DNA from: Trueperaceae bacterium
Lineage (GTDB): Bacteria > Deinococcota > Deinococci > Deinococcales > Trueperaceae
Assembly (NCBI GenBank): GCA_034520945.1
Contig: JAXHNB010000005.1
Span: 352,001-416,000 of the forward strand
Direction of reading: 5' to 3'
Length of the DNA: 64,000 bases
Shown here: piece by piece, positions 44,229-54,512 of the stretch
Layout: the number at the start of each line of letters is the position of its first letter
How positions within the stretch are numbered: the stretch's first letter is position 1
Translations under genes and position numbers: made by a program
The notes under the pieces: model-generated
Databases searched by the model: none
What the model saw: only the letters and a program-made list of their open reading frames with translations
What the model was told of the DNA's origin: nothing

Positions 44229-45801
44229 GTGGAAGGGCTCCTGCTGGCACAAGTGCTGGACGAACTGCGGACGCGCCTGCCCGCGGATCGGCTCGATTGG
44301 CGCTTCGAGGACGCGCGCACGGCGGTCCTTCCCCTGGTGCCCGGCGGCGCCGTGTGGATCGTCGATCGTCCCGCCGAACCCCAGACTGGAGCTGCGCTTC
44401 GATCAGCCGCAGGGCGCCGGCGCGGCCGCCACCAACTTTCAGGCGCTTCTCCGTGCACGGGCGGTCGGCCCCCTCATCAAAGCGGAGCAGCCGGCGCTGG
44501 ACCGCGTGACGCGGCTGCGGTTCGGGCCGCGCGAAGGGTTCGTGGCGGCCCCGCCGGTGGACCTGATCTTCGAGGCGACCGGCCGCAACTGCAACCTGAT
44601 CCTGGTGGACGATGCAGGCACCATCCTGGGGTCGGCCCGCGAGGTCGGCGCGGAGATGAACCGCTACCGGCAGGTTCGGCCCGGTGCGACGTACCGCCCT
44701 CCGCCGCCATACGACAAGATCGACCCGCGCCGGGCCGACGACGAGGAGCTTGCCGGCGCCCTGAGGGGACGGACGCCCGCCCAGGTCAAGCGGGTGGTGG
44801 ACGGCGTCGGTCCGGAGCTCACCCGGGCGACCCTCGCCCTGGCCGGTCTCCCCCAGGAGGCGCGCCTGGAGGGGGAGGCGCTGGAGGCGTTCGTGTCGGC
44901 CTTGCGGGAGGTGGCCCGCGACCCGCGTGGCGCCAGTGCGCGGGCCCTGGACCGTCCGGACGTGGCGCGCTTGCAGGCACGCCAACGCCGCCAGGCCGAT
45001 CTGAACCGCGTCCGAAGCCTGCTGCGCGAACGGCTGCGCCTGGCCGAGAAGCGCCTCCGCGACGTCGACAAGGCGCTGGAGGCCGCGGAGGATGCGGACC
45101 GGGTGCGCACGGAGGGCGACCTGCTGCTGGCGCACGCGACGCGCGTACCGGCCGGCGTCCGCGAAGTGACGCTCCCAGCATTCGAAGGTGGGGAGGTCAC
45201 CCTCGCCTTGGACCCGTCGTCGTCGGCCGCCCAGAACGCCGAACGACGCTACCGGCAGGCCCGCAAGCGGGAGGACCGGGCCGAACGGGCCCTGGACCGG
45301 CAGGACGACCTCCGCGCCGAGGTGGACGCGCTCCGCCGCGAACTGGACGGGCTGGACGACTGGGACGACGACTCGCTCCGGGCCCGGCGGGCCAAGCTCG
45401 AGCCCGCCCGCGAGGACCGCCGCACGCGCGGGCCCGGCGCGCGGTACCCCGCCCCGCACGACTTCACCGTGCTGGTGGGCCGCAACGCGCGCGACAACGT
45501 TGCCATCACCTTCCGCGTGGCGCGTAGTCTGGACGTGTGGTTGCACGTGCAGGGATGGCAGGGCTCGCACGTGATCGTTCAGGCCGGCGGTCGTGAGGTG
45601 CCGTTCGACACCATCCTGTTCGCGGCCCGCCTGGCGGCAGGGCACTCCAAGGCGTCCGGCGGCGACAACGTCCCCGTCGACTACACGCTTAGGAAGTACG
45701 TCTGGAAGGTGAAGGGCGGTCCGCCCGGCGCGGTGCACTATACGCAGCAGAAGACCGTCTTCGTCACACCCAGCCGCAACCCCGCCGCGGAGCGGGCGTA
45801 G
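44229..45801 (+). pseudogene. rqcH: Rqc2/RqcH (NFACT, FbpA-like) protein, interrupted by a +1 frameshift near 44370-44382
   Basis: N-terminus VEGLLLAQVLDEL..DRP in one frame continues in the +1 frame as PRLEL..FQALLRAR..EQPALDRV..EATGRNCNLILVD; NFACT-R motifs VGRNARDN, WLHVQGWQGSHVIV, VPVDYT. May be an assembly error. Confidence 0.8.
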
Positions 45802-45811
45802 ACTGCGCGGC

Positions 45812-47023
45812 ATGCGCGTCACCGCCCGCCGCCCCGTCGTGCTGGAAGGCGCTGCGCTCAGTGCCCTGCTGATCATCGTGCACATGACCAACGACGCGTT
45901 CGCCAGCATGCTGGCGGCGCTGCTGCCGTCCCTGCAGGTGCGCTTCGGGCTGTCCGAAACGGTGCTGGCCACGCTGGTCGCGACGTTGTCGTTCAGCTCG
46001 TCGGTGACGCAGCCGCTGTTCGGGGCGCTGGCGGACGCCGTCGGGCGGCGCGTGGTCGGCGCCGTGGGCGTGATCACCAGCTCCGGGCTGTTGTCGCTGA
46101 TGGCGATCGCCCCCAGCGTCTGGGTGTTGTACCTGCTGCTGGCGTTCGGAGGTCTCGGATCGGCGGCGTTCCACCCCAGCGGGACGGGGCTGGCCCGCGA
46201 CGCCGCGCGTGGGCAACGTGGTGGCACCGGCCTGGCGGTCGGGATCTTCAGCGCGGGCGGCACGGTCGGCATGGCGATCGGTCCGCTCGCCATCGGCGTG
46301 CTGGTCATGAACGACTGGTTGTCGTTCTCGCCGTGGATGATGCTTCCCGGTCTGGTGCTGGGTGGCGCCATGTTGGTGATGGCGCCGCGCCAGCCGCCCA
46401 TGCGCCGCGGCGCTGGCGGGCGCATCTTCGATCCGGCGTTGCTCCGGGGTCCCGTCGGCGCGTTGGCGCTGGCGGGGATCCTGCGCGGGATCGCGTTCGT
46501 GACGGTGATGAACGCCTTGCCGCTGTTGTTGGTGGGGGCGCGCGGCGTGGCCCCCGACGCACCGGTGGCGTTCTGGTCGCTGACGGTGTTCAGCCTGTCG
46601 GCCGGGCTGGGCGGCATTCTGGCCGGCGCGGTGGAACCTCGCGTCGGCCGGGTCCGGCTGATCACGGGGAGCATGCTGGCGGGGGTGCCGGTGTTGGCGT
46701 CGTTGCTGGTGCTTCCCCCCGGCGCGCCGGTCTTCTACCTCATGATCGTGGCCGGCGGGGTGCTGGTCAACGCGCCGTTGCCGTTGATGATCGTGAGCGC
46801 GCAGGATCTCGCCCCACACGCCGTTGGGACGGCGTCGGGCCTGATGATGGGCTTCACGTGGGGGACGGCCGGCGTGCTGTACGTCGGCATCGGCGCGCTC
46901 CAGGAGTGGATCGGCATCCCGGCGGCCATGATGCTGGCGTTCCTGGCGCTGGTGCCGGCCGCCTGGTTGGCCGGGCGTACGCTGCACGCCCACCGTGACG
47001 CCTTGGACGCCGCGGGCGACTGA
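45812..47023 (+). CDS. MFS transporter (Fsr-like)
   Basis: HMTND, QPLFGALADAVGRR, GSAAFHP; about 12 TM helices. Confidence 0.9.
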   Translation: MRVTARRPVVLEGAALSALLIIVHMTNDAFASMLAALLPSLQVRFGLSETVLATLVATLSFSSSVTQPLFGALADAVGRRVVGAVGVITSSGLLSLMAIAPSVWVLYLLLAFGGLGSAAFHPSGTGLARDAARGQRGGTGLAVGIFSAGGTVGMAIGPLAIGVLVMNDWLSFSPWMMLPGLVLGGAMLVMAPRQPPMRRGAGGRIFDPALLRGPVGALALAGILRGIAFVTVMNALPLLLVGARGVAPDAPVAFWSLTVFSLSAGLGGILAGAVEPRVGRVRLITGSMLAGVPVLASLLVLPPGAPVFYLMIVAGGVLVNAPLPLMIVSAQDLAPHAVGTASGLMMGFTWGTAGVLYVGIGALQEWIGIPAAMMLAFLALVPAAWLAGRTLHAHRDALDAAGD

Positions 47024-47059
47024 CGCGTTCCAAGGCGCAGGGGCCGCCGGCGCGGGGGG

Positions 47060-47980
47060 TCAGGCCTGCCCTGCCGAGCCGAACACCTGCATGCGCGCCG
47101 CCACGACGGCGCGCATCTCGTCCCGCGCCGGCCCCAGGATCTTGCGCGGATCGAACTGCGCCGGGTCGGACTGGAGCACCTCGCGGACGCGGGCGGTGAA
47201 GGCCAGGCGCAGGTCCGTGTCGGTGTTGATCTTGGCGATGCCGTGCGTGACCGCCCGCCGGACGTCCTCCTCGTGGATGCCGCTGGCGTCATCCAGCGAC
47301 CCGCCGGCCGCGTTCAGGCGTGCCACCAGCTCGCTCGGCACGCCGCTGGCGCCGTGCATCACCAACGGGTGCGGCAGGCGCGAGGCGATCTCGGCGATGC
47401 GGTCGTGATCGATGTAGGGGCGTCCCGTGCCTTTGTTCGGTCCGTGCGAGGTTCCGATGGCGACGGCGAGGTAGTCGGCGCCGCTCTGCGCCATGAACCG
47501 TTCCGCCTCGTCCGGCTTGGTGAGGATGGCGTCCTCCTCGCGCACCACCACGTGCTCCTCGACCCCGCCGAGCCGGCCGATCTCGGCCTCCACCGACACG
47601 CCGACGGCGTGCGCGGCGCGGACCACGCGGGCGGTCTCGCGGATGTTGTCCGCCTCCTCCTCGTGCGACTTGTCGATCATCACCGAGGTGAACCCCAGGC
47701 GCAGGGCGCGGATGCAGGACTCGTACGAACTGCCGTGGTCCAGGTGGATCGCCACCGGCACGGTGGCGTTACGGGCCATGTCGTGCACCATGGCGGGCAG
47801 GGCGTCCCCGCCGTACGTCAGCGCGCCCTCCGAGAGCGCCAGCAGGACCGGGCTCCGCGTGTCTTCGGCCGCGCCCAGGATGGCCTGCGTGATCTCCATG
47901 TCGTTGGTGTTGAACGCGCCGACGCCGTACGAGCCGGCGCGCGCCGCTGCGAGAATGTCGCGTCCGCTGGCGAGAGGCAT
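47060..47980 (-). CDS. fba: Class II fructose-1,6-bisphosphate aldolase
   Basis: IHLDHG, GFTSVMID, LAVAIGTSHG, LVMHGAS, KINTDTDLR, FDPRKIL. Confidence 0.95.
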   Translation of the reverse strand: MPLASGRDILAAARAGSYGVGAFNTNDMEITQAILGAAEDTRSPVLLALSEGALTYGGDALPAMVHDMARNATVPVAIHLDHGSSYESCIRALRLGFTSVMIDKSHEEEADNIRETARVVRAAHAVGVSVEAEIGRLGGVEEHVVVREEDAILTKPDEAERFMAQSGADYLAVAIGTSHGPNKGTGRPYIDHDRIAEIASRLPHPLVMHGASGVPSELVARLNAAGGSLDDASGIHEEDVRRAVTHGIAKINTDTDLRLAFTARVREVLQSDPAQFDPRKILGPARDEMRAVVAARMQVFGSAGQA

Positions 47981-48027
47981 GGCGCGAGCATACCGCACCC
48001 CCTCGGGCGCGCCTCTGCCGGCGTCGT

Positions 48028-48762
48028 TCAGGCCGGCTCTGCGGCCAGGGCGTCCAGAAGCGCGTACGTCGCCGCGCGCACCGCCCCCTCCGCGTCCCAC
48101 GAAGCGTGGTCGCGGACCCCGGCGACGTTGCTGATGCCGCGCACCTCGCCGAACGGCAGGCCCATGCGTGCGCACACCAGAGCGACCGCCGCGCCCTCCA
48201 TCGACTCCACCGCGGCGCCGCTGCGCTGGGCGCGCGCCCCTGCGACGTCGAGATCGCCGGAGATGCCGTCCGACGTCGCGAAGCCCTGCGGCGCCATGCG
48301 ACAGGCCCGCGCCAACGCGGCCTGCCAGCCCGGATCGGTCGGGATGCGGTCGTAGAGGGGATCGCCGCCTGCGCTGCTGGCCAACGCCAGGGGGATCTCG
48401 GCCAGGCTGCGGGTGCCCTCGCTCGCCACGACCCCCGCGTCCAACGCGAACTCCCATGCGGCGCAGGCGGCGGCGCCGACCGGCACGAAGCTGCCGGCGT
48501 AGGCGCCGCCGATGCCGAGAAGAAGCAGGGCGGACGGCCGGTGCCGCTGGTTCGTGAGGGCGGCCGCGGCCGCCGCCGCGGCGCTTCCGACGCCGCCCTC
48601 GACCAGCACCAGTGCGCGGCGCCGGTGATGCCCCGTCCAGGTGCGGGGCCAGTCGGACGCCTGCGGCTGGGCGTCCGTGCGCGCGACCATGGCGCGCAGC
48701 TCCATGGGGGTGGCGGCCAGGATCGCCAGCGGCGCCTGGGCGGTGCCGGCGTCCGGCGTCAC
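48028..48762 (-). CDS. mqnB: Futalosine hydrolase
   Basis: AATPME, GGVG, LGIGGAY, VESMEGAAVA, EVRGISNVAGVRD..W; PNP/MTAN fold; GTGA overlap with upstream gene. Confidence 0.85.
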   Translation of the reverse strand: MTPDAGTAQAPLAILAATPMELRAMVARTDAQPQASDWPRTWTGHHRRRALVLVEGGVGSAAAAAAAALTNQRHRPSALLLLGIGGAYAGSFVPVGAAACAAWEFALDAGVVASEGTRSLAEIPLALASSAGGDPLYDRIPTDPGWQAALARACRMAPQGFATSDGISGDLDVAGARAQRSGAAVESMEGAAVALVCARMGLPFGEVRGISNVAGVRDHASWDAEGAVRAATYALLDALAAEPA

Positions 48763-49481
48763 GTCGCGGGCTCCCAGCGCCACACGACGGCGTCCGCCGC
48801 GTCGGCCGCGGTGGCGTGTGCCCATCCCGTTCGCTTGCCCAGTCCGCGCGCCGCGGCCAGGGTCCGCGCCACCAGCGCCTCGGCGGGCCCGGCGGTGAGC
48901 AGGACCACCGCCGACGCGTCGTCTTCGACGACGACGCACACGGCGCGAGCGCCTGCGTCCCCGGTCTCGCTCAGCAGCCGCACGCGGTCGTCCGCAGCCG
49001 TGGCGGAGGCCAGCAGGGTGGCCAGCGAGGCGGCCGCGTCCGGCAGCGCATGGGCGTCGGCGATCTCGCGGGCGACCTCCCCGGCGCCGTCCCAGCCGAG
49101 GCGCACGGCGCCGGCGTCCGGGCGTGGACCGCCGGACGGGACGTTCGGGTCGCGTGCCGGGTCGAGGGCGACGCCGCACGACGGTGCCCATCCCAGCTGC
49201 GCCAGGGCGTCCTCCACGGCGCCGGGGCCGGTCGTCAGCACGGCGGGCCGCACGCCGTGCGCGGCGCACCCCTCCGCGAGCTCGGCCACGCGGGCCGCCT
49301 CGGGATCCCACACCGCCTCGGTGAGGGCCAGGGGCGCGTCAGGGGTGCGGAGCAGCCACCCGCCGGCGACCGGAATCGCGTCCACGGCCAGGGCGGCACC
49401 GGCCGCGTACAACAGCTGGGCGGGGTCGCCCGGCGGCAGGGACGCGAGCGCGCGCGGGTCGGGGCTCGCGCCGGGCGGCAC
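48759..49481 (-). CDS. Hypothetical protein
   Basis: Fills the gap between ftsY and mqnB with tight coupling; no recognisable catalytic motif. Confidence 0.65.
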   Translation of the reverse strand: MPPGASPDPRALASLPPGDPAQLLYAAGAALAVDAIPVAGGWLLRTPDAPLALTEAVWDPEAARVAELAEGCAAHGVRPAVLTTGPGAVEDALAQLGWAPSCGVALDPARDPNVPSGGPRPDAGAVRLGWDGAGEVAREIADAHALPDAAASLATLLASATAADDRVRLLSETGDAGARAVCVVVEDDASAVVLLTAGPAEALVARTLAAARGLGKRTGWAHATAADAADAVVWRWEPAT

Positions 49482-49484
49482 GCC

Positions 49485-50429
49485 TCAGGCCGCCTCGCGG
49501 GCCGGCATGTCCAGGAGGGCGCGCACGAAGGCGGCGGCATCGTAGGGTTGCAGGTCGTCCGCCGATTCGCCCACGCCGATGAACTTGATGGGCAGCTCCA
49601 ACTCGCGCGCGATCGGCAGGAGGATGCCGCCCTTGCCGGTGCCGTCCAGCTTGGTCACGATCACGCCGGTGACGCCGACGGCGTCGTGGAACCGCTTCGC
49701 TTGCGCCAGGCCGTTCTGGCCGGTGACAGCGTCCAGCACCAGCCACACCTCGCCGGGCTCGCCGGCGTCGGCCTTGCCGATGACGCGCTTCACCTTGCGG
49801 AGCTCCTCCATCAGGTTGTGCTGGGTGTGGAGCCGGCCGGCCGTGTCCACGAACAGAACGTCGCTGCCCTTCGCCTTGCGCGATGCGGCCGCGTCGAAGG
49901 CGACGGCGCCCGGGTCGCCGCCGTCGGGCCCGACGGCGGTGGGGACGCCGAGGCGTTCGCCCCACACCCCCAGCTGGGCGCTGCCGGCGGCGCGGAAGGT
50001 GTCGCCCGCCGCGAAGGCGACGCTGCGGCCGTGGTTCAGGTAGTAGCGTCCCAGCTTGGCGATGGTGGTGGTCTTGCCGACGCCGTTGACGCCGACCACC
50101 ATGACCACGTGGCCGGACGGTTCGACCACGTTGCGTCCGACGTCCAACTCGAAGCCGACGCGCCGTAGCTTCTGGCGCATGCGGTTCGGCTCCAGTTGAT
50201 CGAGAAGCGCCCGCTCCAGCGCGTCGCGGAACGCCATCCCGCCCTCGCGTTGGCGCTTGGCTTCGGCCACGACCTCGGCGGCGATGTGGGCACCGACGTC
50301 CGCCCCGATGAGGGCGAACTCGAGGTCGTCCCAGTCCATCTCCCAGCTCTTGGTGAGGTCGCGCACGTCGCTGGTGAGCACGTCGCGGGTCTTGCCGAGC
50401 CCGCGGCGGAGCCGCTCGAACCAGCTCAT
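49485..50429 (-). CDS. ftsY: Signal recognition particle receptor FtsY
   Basis: MSWFERLRRGLGKTR, GVNGVGKTTT, DTFRAAG, DTAGR, TKLDGTGKGG. Confidence 0.97.
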   Translation of the reverse strand: MSWFERLRRGLGKTRDVLTSDVRDLTKSWEMDWDDLEFALIGADVGAHIAAEVVAEAKRQREGGMAFRDALERALLDQLEPNRMRQKLRRVGFELDVGRNVVEPSGHVVMVVGVNGVGKTTTIAKLGRYYLNHGRSVAFAAGDTFRAAGSAQLGVWGERLGVPTAVGPDGGDPGAVAFDAAASRKAKGSDVLFVDTAGRLHTQHNLMEELRKVKRVIGKADAGEPGEVWLVLDAVTGQNGLAQAKRFHDAVGVTGVIVTKLDGTGKGGILLPIARELELPIKFIGVGESADDLQPYDAAAFVRALLDMPAREAA

Positions 50430-51961
50430 CCGACCCGCCCTTCGGGCGCGTTGGGCCGTTCCTCCTCGCCCCCCTCGGCCTGTTCCTCTCCCTGCACCGG
50501 GTGGTCGTCGGGCAGCGACGCGGTGGTCTCGCTCAACGCGCGGCCAATCCTGGCCAGCACGCGCTGGCGGCCCAGGATCGCCGCAAGGTCGGTGACGGAG
50601 GGCGCCTGGGTGGTGCCGGTGAGGGCCGCCCGCAGCGGCATCATCACCTGGGGCTTCTTGATCTCGCGCGCGCGCACGTAGTCGTCCAACAGGTCGTCCA
50701 CGGCGTCCTCGTCCAGGAAGTCCAGCATCGAGAAGGCGCGCTCGAGGTCGGCGAGGATCTGCTGGGCGGCGGCCACGCGCTTGCGGGCCTCGTCGTCGTA
50801 CGCGAAGTCGTCGTCGAAGAAGTAGCGGCCGGCGTCGAGCAGGTCTCGGAGCGTCTCGGCCCGGGGCCGCAGCACGTCGACGACGTCCAGGAGGTAATCC
50901 TCGCTCTCCCAGTCGTACCCTTCGGCCTCCAACGACGGCTTCAGGCGCGCCGCGATCTCCTCCAGCGGGAGGATCTCCCGCAGGTAGCGGGCGTTGAAAT
51001 GCCGCAGCTTGCGGAGGTCGAACACCGGCCCGCCCAGCGAGATACGCGACGGATCGAACGCGGCGACCATCTCGTCCAGATCGAAGAACTCCCGGCCGTC
51101 CGGCATGCTCCACGCCAGCGTGCCGAGGAAGTTGCGCAGCGCTTCGGGCAGGATGCCCTGGGCGCGGTAGGAGTCGACGCTGGTGTCCAGCTTGCGCTTG
51201 CTGATCTTGGTCTTGTTGGCGTCGGGGTTGCGGAGCAGCGGAAGGTGGCAGAACACCGGCGGCGCCCACGCGAACGCGTCGTAGAGCAGTACGTGGACCG
51301 GCGTGCTGGTCACCCACTCCTCGGCGCGGAGCACGTGGGTGACGCCCATCAGTTGGTCGTCCACCACGTTCGCGAAGTGGTAGGTGGGGAAGCCGTCGCT
51401 CTTGAGGAGCACGGTGTCGCGGATCTCCTCGTTCGGGATGGAGATGGTGCCGCGAAGCAGGTCGTCGAAGCCCGTCTCGCCCCGGTCCGGCGTGACCAGC
51501 CGAACCACGTGCGGTTCGCCGGCGGCGGCGCGTCGTTCCTGCTCTTCGGCCGGGACGACGCGCCCGCGCCCGTCGTAGCCCAGCGCCTTGCCCTGCTGGC
51601 GCTGCTCGGAGCGCATCGCCTCGAGCTCCTCCGGCGTCTCGAAGGCCCGGTAGGCCTTGCCCTCCCTCAGCAGGCGGTCGGCGTGCGCGCGGTAGATCTC
51701 GGTCCGTTCGCTCTGCCGGTACGGTCGGTGATCGCCGCCGATGCCGGGCCCCTCGTCGGGGGGAAGGCCGAGCCACGCGAACATGTCCAGGATGCGCGCC
51801 TCCGAGGTGGCGTCGTAGCGTTCGCGGTCGGTGTCCTCGAGGCGGAACACGAATCGGCCCCCGTGCCGCTTGGCGAACGCGTAGTTGAACAGGCCCACGT
51901 ACGCGGTCCCGACGTGCGGGTCACCGGTGGGCGATGGCGCGATGCGGGTCACGACGTTCAT
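50426..51961 (-). CDS. gltX: Glutamate--tRNA ligase
   Basis: TRIAPSPTGDPHVGT, EDTD, KSDGFPTYH, KISKR. Confidence 0.97.
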   Translation of the reverse strand: MNVVTRIAPSPTGDPHVGTAYVGLFNYAFAKRHGGRFVFRLEDTDRERYDATSEARILDMFAWLGLPPDEGPGIGGDHRPYRQSERTEIYRAHADRLLREGKAYRAFETPEELEAMRSEQRQQGKALGYDGRGRVVPAEEQERRAAAGEPHVVRLVTPDRGETGFDDLLRGTISIPNEEIRDTVLLKSDGFPTYHFANVVDDQLMGVTHVLRAEEWVTSTPVHVLLYDAFAWAPPVFCHLPLLRNPDANKTKISKRKLDTSVDSYRAQGILPEALRNFLGTLAWSMPDGREFFDLDEMVAAFDPSRISLGGPVFDLRKLRHFNARYLREILPLEEIAARLKPSLEAEGYDWESEDYLLDVVDVLRPRAETLRDLLDAGRYFFDDDFAYDDEARKRVAAAQQILADLERAFSMLDFLDEDAVDDLLDDYVRAREIKKPQVMMPLRAALTGTTQAPSVTDLAAILGRQRVLARIGRALSETTASLPDDHPVQGEEQAEGGEEERPNAPEGRVG

Positions 51962-52030
51962 GGCGTGGTCTCCTATCTCGAATGAGCATCATAGCCCGCG
52001 TCCGCGGGCCGGCGGGTCGCCGGGGTCGCG

Positions 52031-52843
<813 letters not shown>

Positions 52844-52942
52844 GTGCGTCTCCTACGGTGTCGGGTGTCGATCGGCCGGGGTCCGCAACGAACGGGCCGG
52901 CGGGAGGGTCCCACCGGCCACGCGCGCGGTCCGGGGCTACGC

Positions 52943-53329
52943 TCAGCGTTTGCTGAACTGCGGCGACCGACGGGCCTTCTTGAGGCCGTACTTCTTGCGT
53001 TCGACGACGCGCGCGTCGCGCGAGAGGTGACCCGCCTGCTTCAGCACGTCGCGGTAGTTCGGGTCGACCTCCAGCAGCGCGCGGGCCACGCCCAGCTTGA
53101 TGGCGTCCGCTTGGCCTGCGGGGCCGCCGCCGCGTACGGTGATGGTGGCGTCGTACCGGCCAGCGGTGCTGGTCGCCTTGAGCGGTTCGAGCGCCTGCAC
53201 GCCGACCAGAATGCCACGGAAGTACTCCTGGAAGTCCTTGCCGTTCACGTTGATCCGGCCGGAGCCGGGGCGCAGGAAGACGCGTGCGACAGCTTCCTTG
53301 CGTCGGCCGGTCCCGTAGTACTGATCCAT
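52943..53329 (-). CDS. rpsI: 30S ribosomal protein S9
   Basis: [36 protein letters not shown]. Confidence 0.98.
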   Translation of the reverse strand: MDQYYGTGRRKEAVARVFLRPGSGRINVNGKDFQEYFRGILVGVQALEPLKATSTAGRYDATITVRGGGPAGQADAIKLGVARALLEVDPNYRDVLKQAGHLSRDARVVERKKYGLKKARRSPQFSKR

Positions 53330-53331
53330 GT

Positions 53332-53754
53332 TCAGACCTCCAGTGTCTTCGGTCGTTGCGCCTGGTGCGGGTGGGCGTCGCCGGCGTACACCTTGAGTCG
53401 CCGGATGATCTTGCGGCCCAGCCGGTTCTTGGGCAGCATCCCCCACACTGCGGACTCCACCACCCGCTCGGGACGGCGGCGCATCATCGTCCGGGCCGTC
53501 GTGCGCGTGAGCCCGCCCTGATACCCGCTGTAGCGGGTGTACTCCTTCTGGTCCAGCTTGCTGCCGGTGAACACGACCTTGTCGGCGTTGACGACGATCA
53601 CGAAGTCCCCGCCCGCCTGATTCGGCGTGAAGGTCGGCTTGTGCTTGCCGCGAAGCACCTGCGCGAGGCGCGTGGCGAGCCGGCCGACGGTCTGGCCGGC
53701 GGCATCGACGACCACCCAGTCGTTGGAGGTCTCCTTGGGAAAATACGTCTTCAC
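53332..53754 (-). CDS. rplM: 50S ribosomal protein L13
   Basis: [38 protein letters not shown]. Confidence 0.97.
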   Translation of the reverse strand: MKTYFPKETSNDWVVVDAAGQTVGRLATRLAQVLRGKHKPTFTPNQAGGDFVIVVNADKVVFTGSKLDQKEYTRYSGYQGGLTRTTARTMMRRRPERVVESAVWGMLPKNRLGRKIIRRLKVYAGDAHPHQAQRPKTLEV

Positions 53755-53974
53755 GTTGCTCACGTCCCTCTTGCGTCCGATTCGTGTTTGGTCGTGCACG
53801 CCGCACATCGGTGCACGGTCCAGGAGGTCGCGTCGCCATGCGGCTGCGTGCCGGCACGGCGGCGACGGCCGAAGTGCCCGTAGGCGCGCGCGGCGCCGGC
53901 GCGGCGAGGCCGGAGGGGACTCTAGCACGGCCGCGCGTAGCGGGGCAAGCGCCGGCGCTGCGGGGCCGACGGGA

Positions 53975-54472
53975 TCAGGGCTCTTCGGGCAGGTCCTCTT
54001 CGGGCAGGTCCTCTTCGGGCAAATCGGGGACGCGCCCCCCGAGCTGACGGATCTCCTCGATGAACCGCTCGACCGAGTCGAAGTCGCGGTAGACGCTCAA
54101 GAAGCGGATGTAGGCGACGTCGTCGACCTCCTTGAGGAAGGCAAGCGCGCGGCGGCCGATCTCGTCCGCATCGATACGGGCGGTGTGCACCTCGTCCTCG
54201 AGCGCGTAGGCGAACTCGCGGAGCTGCTTCTCCGTCACCGGCCGCTTGTTCGTCGCCACCCGTAGCTTGCCGAGAAGCTTGTCGGGCTGGAACGCTTCCA
54301 GGCGCCCCGAGCGCTTGCGCACCATCAGCGCCTCCAACTGGGCGCGTTCGTAGGTCGTGAAACGGCGGTGACAGGCGTCGCACTCGCGCCGGCGCCGGAT
54401 CGCCTGCCCCTCGTCCGAGGGGCGCGAGTTGACCACGCGCGTGTCCACGGCCGAGCAGTACGGGCACTTCAT
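53975..54472 (-). CDS. nrdR: Transcriptional repressor NrdR
   Basis: [21 protein letters not shown] zinc ribbon, ATP cone, [14 protein letters not shown]. Confidence 0.97.
   Translation of the reverse strand: MKCPYCSAVDTRVVNSRPSDEGQAIRRRRECDACHRRFTTYERAQLEALMVRKRSGRLEAFQPDKLLGKLRVATNKRPVTEKQLREFAYALEDEVHTARIDADEIGRRALAFLKEVDDVAYIRFLSVYRDFDSVERFIEEIRQLGGRVPDLPEEDLPEEDLPEEP
53981..54025. repeat. 15-bp tandem repeat x3 encoding (DLPEE)3 at the NrdR C-terminus
   Basis: CTCTTCGGGCAGGTC x2 plus CTCTTCGGGCAAATC. Confidence 0.9.
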
Positions 54473-54512
54473 CGCCTGACGTCCCCCCCGGCGGTGCGCG
54501 GCGGCGCGAGGG

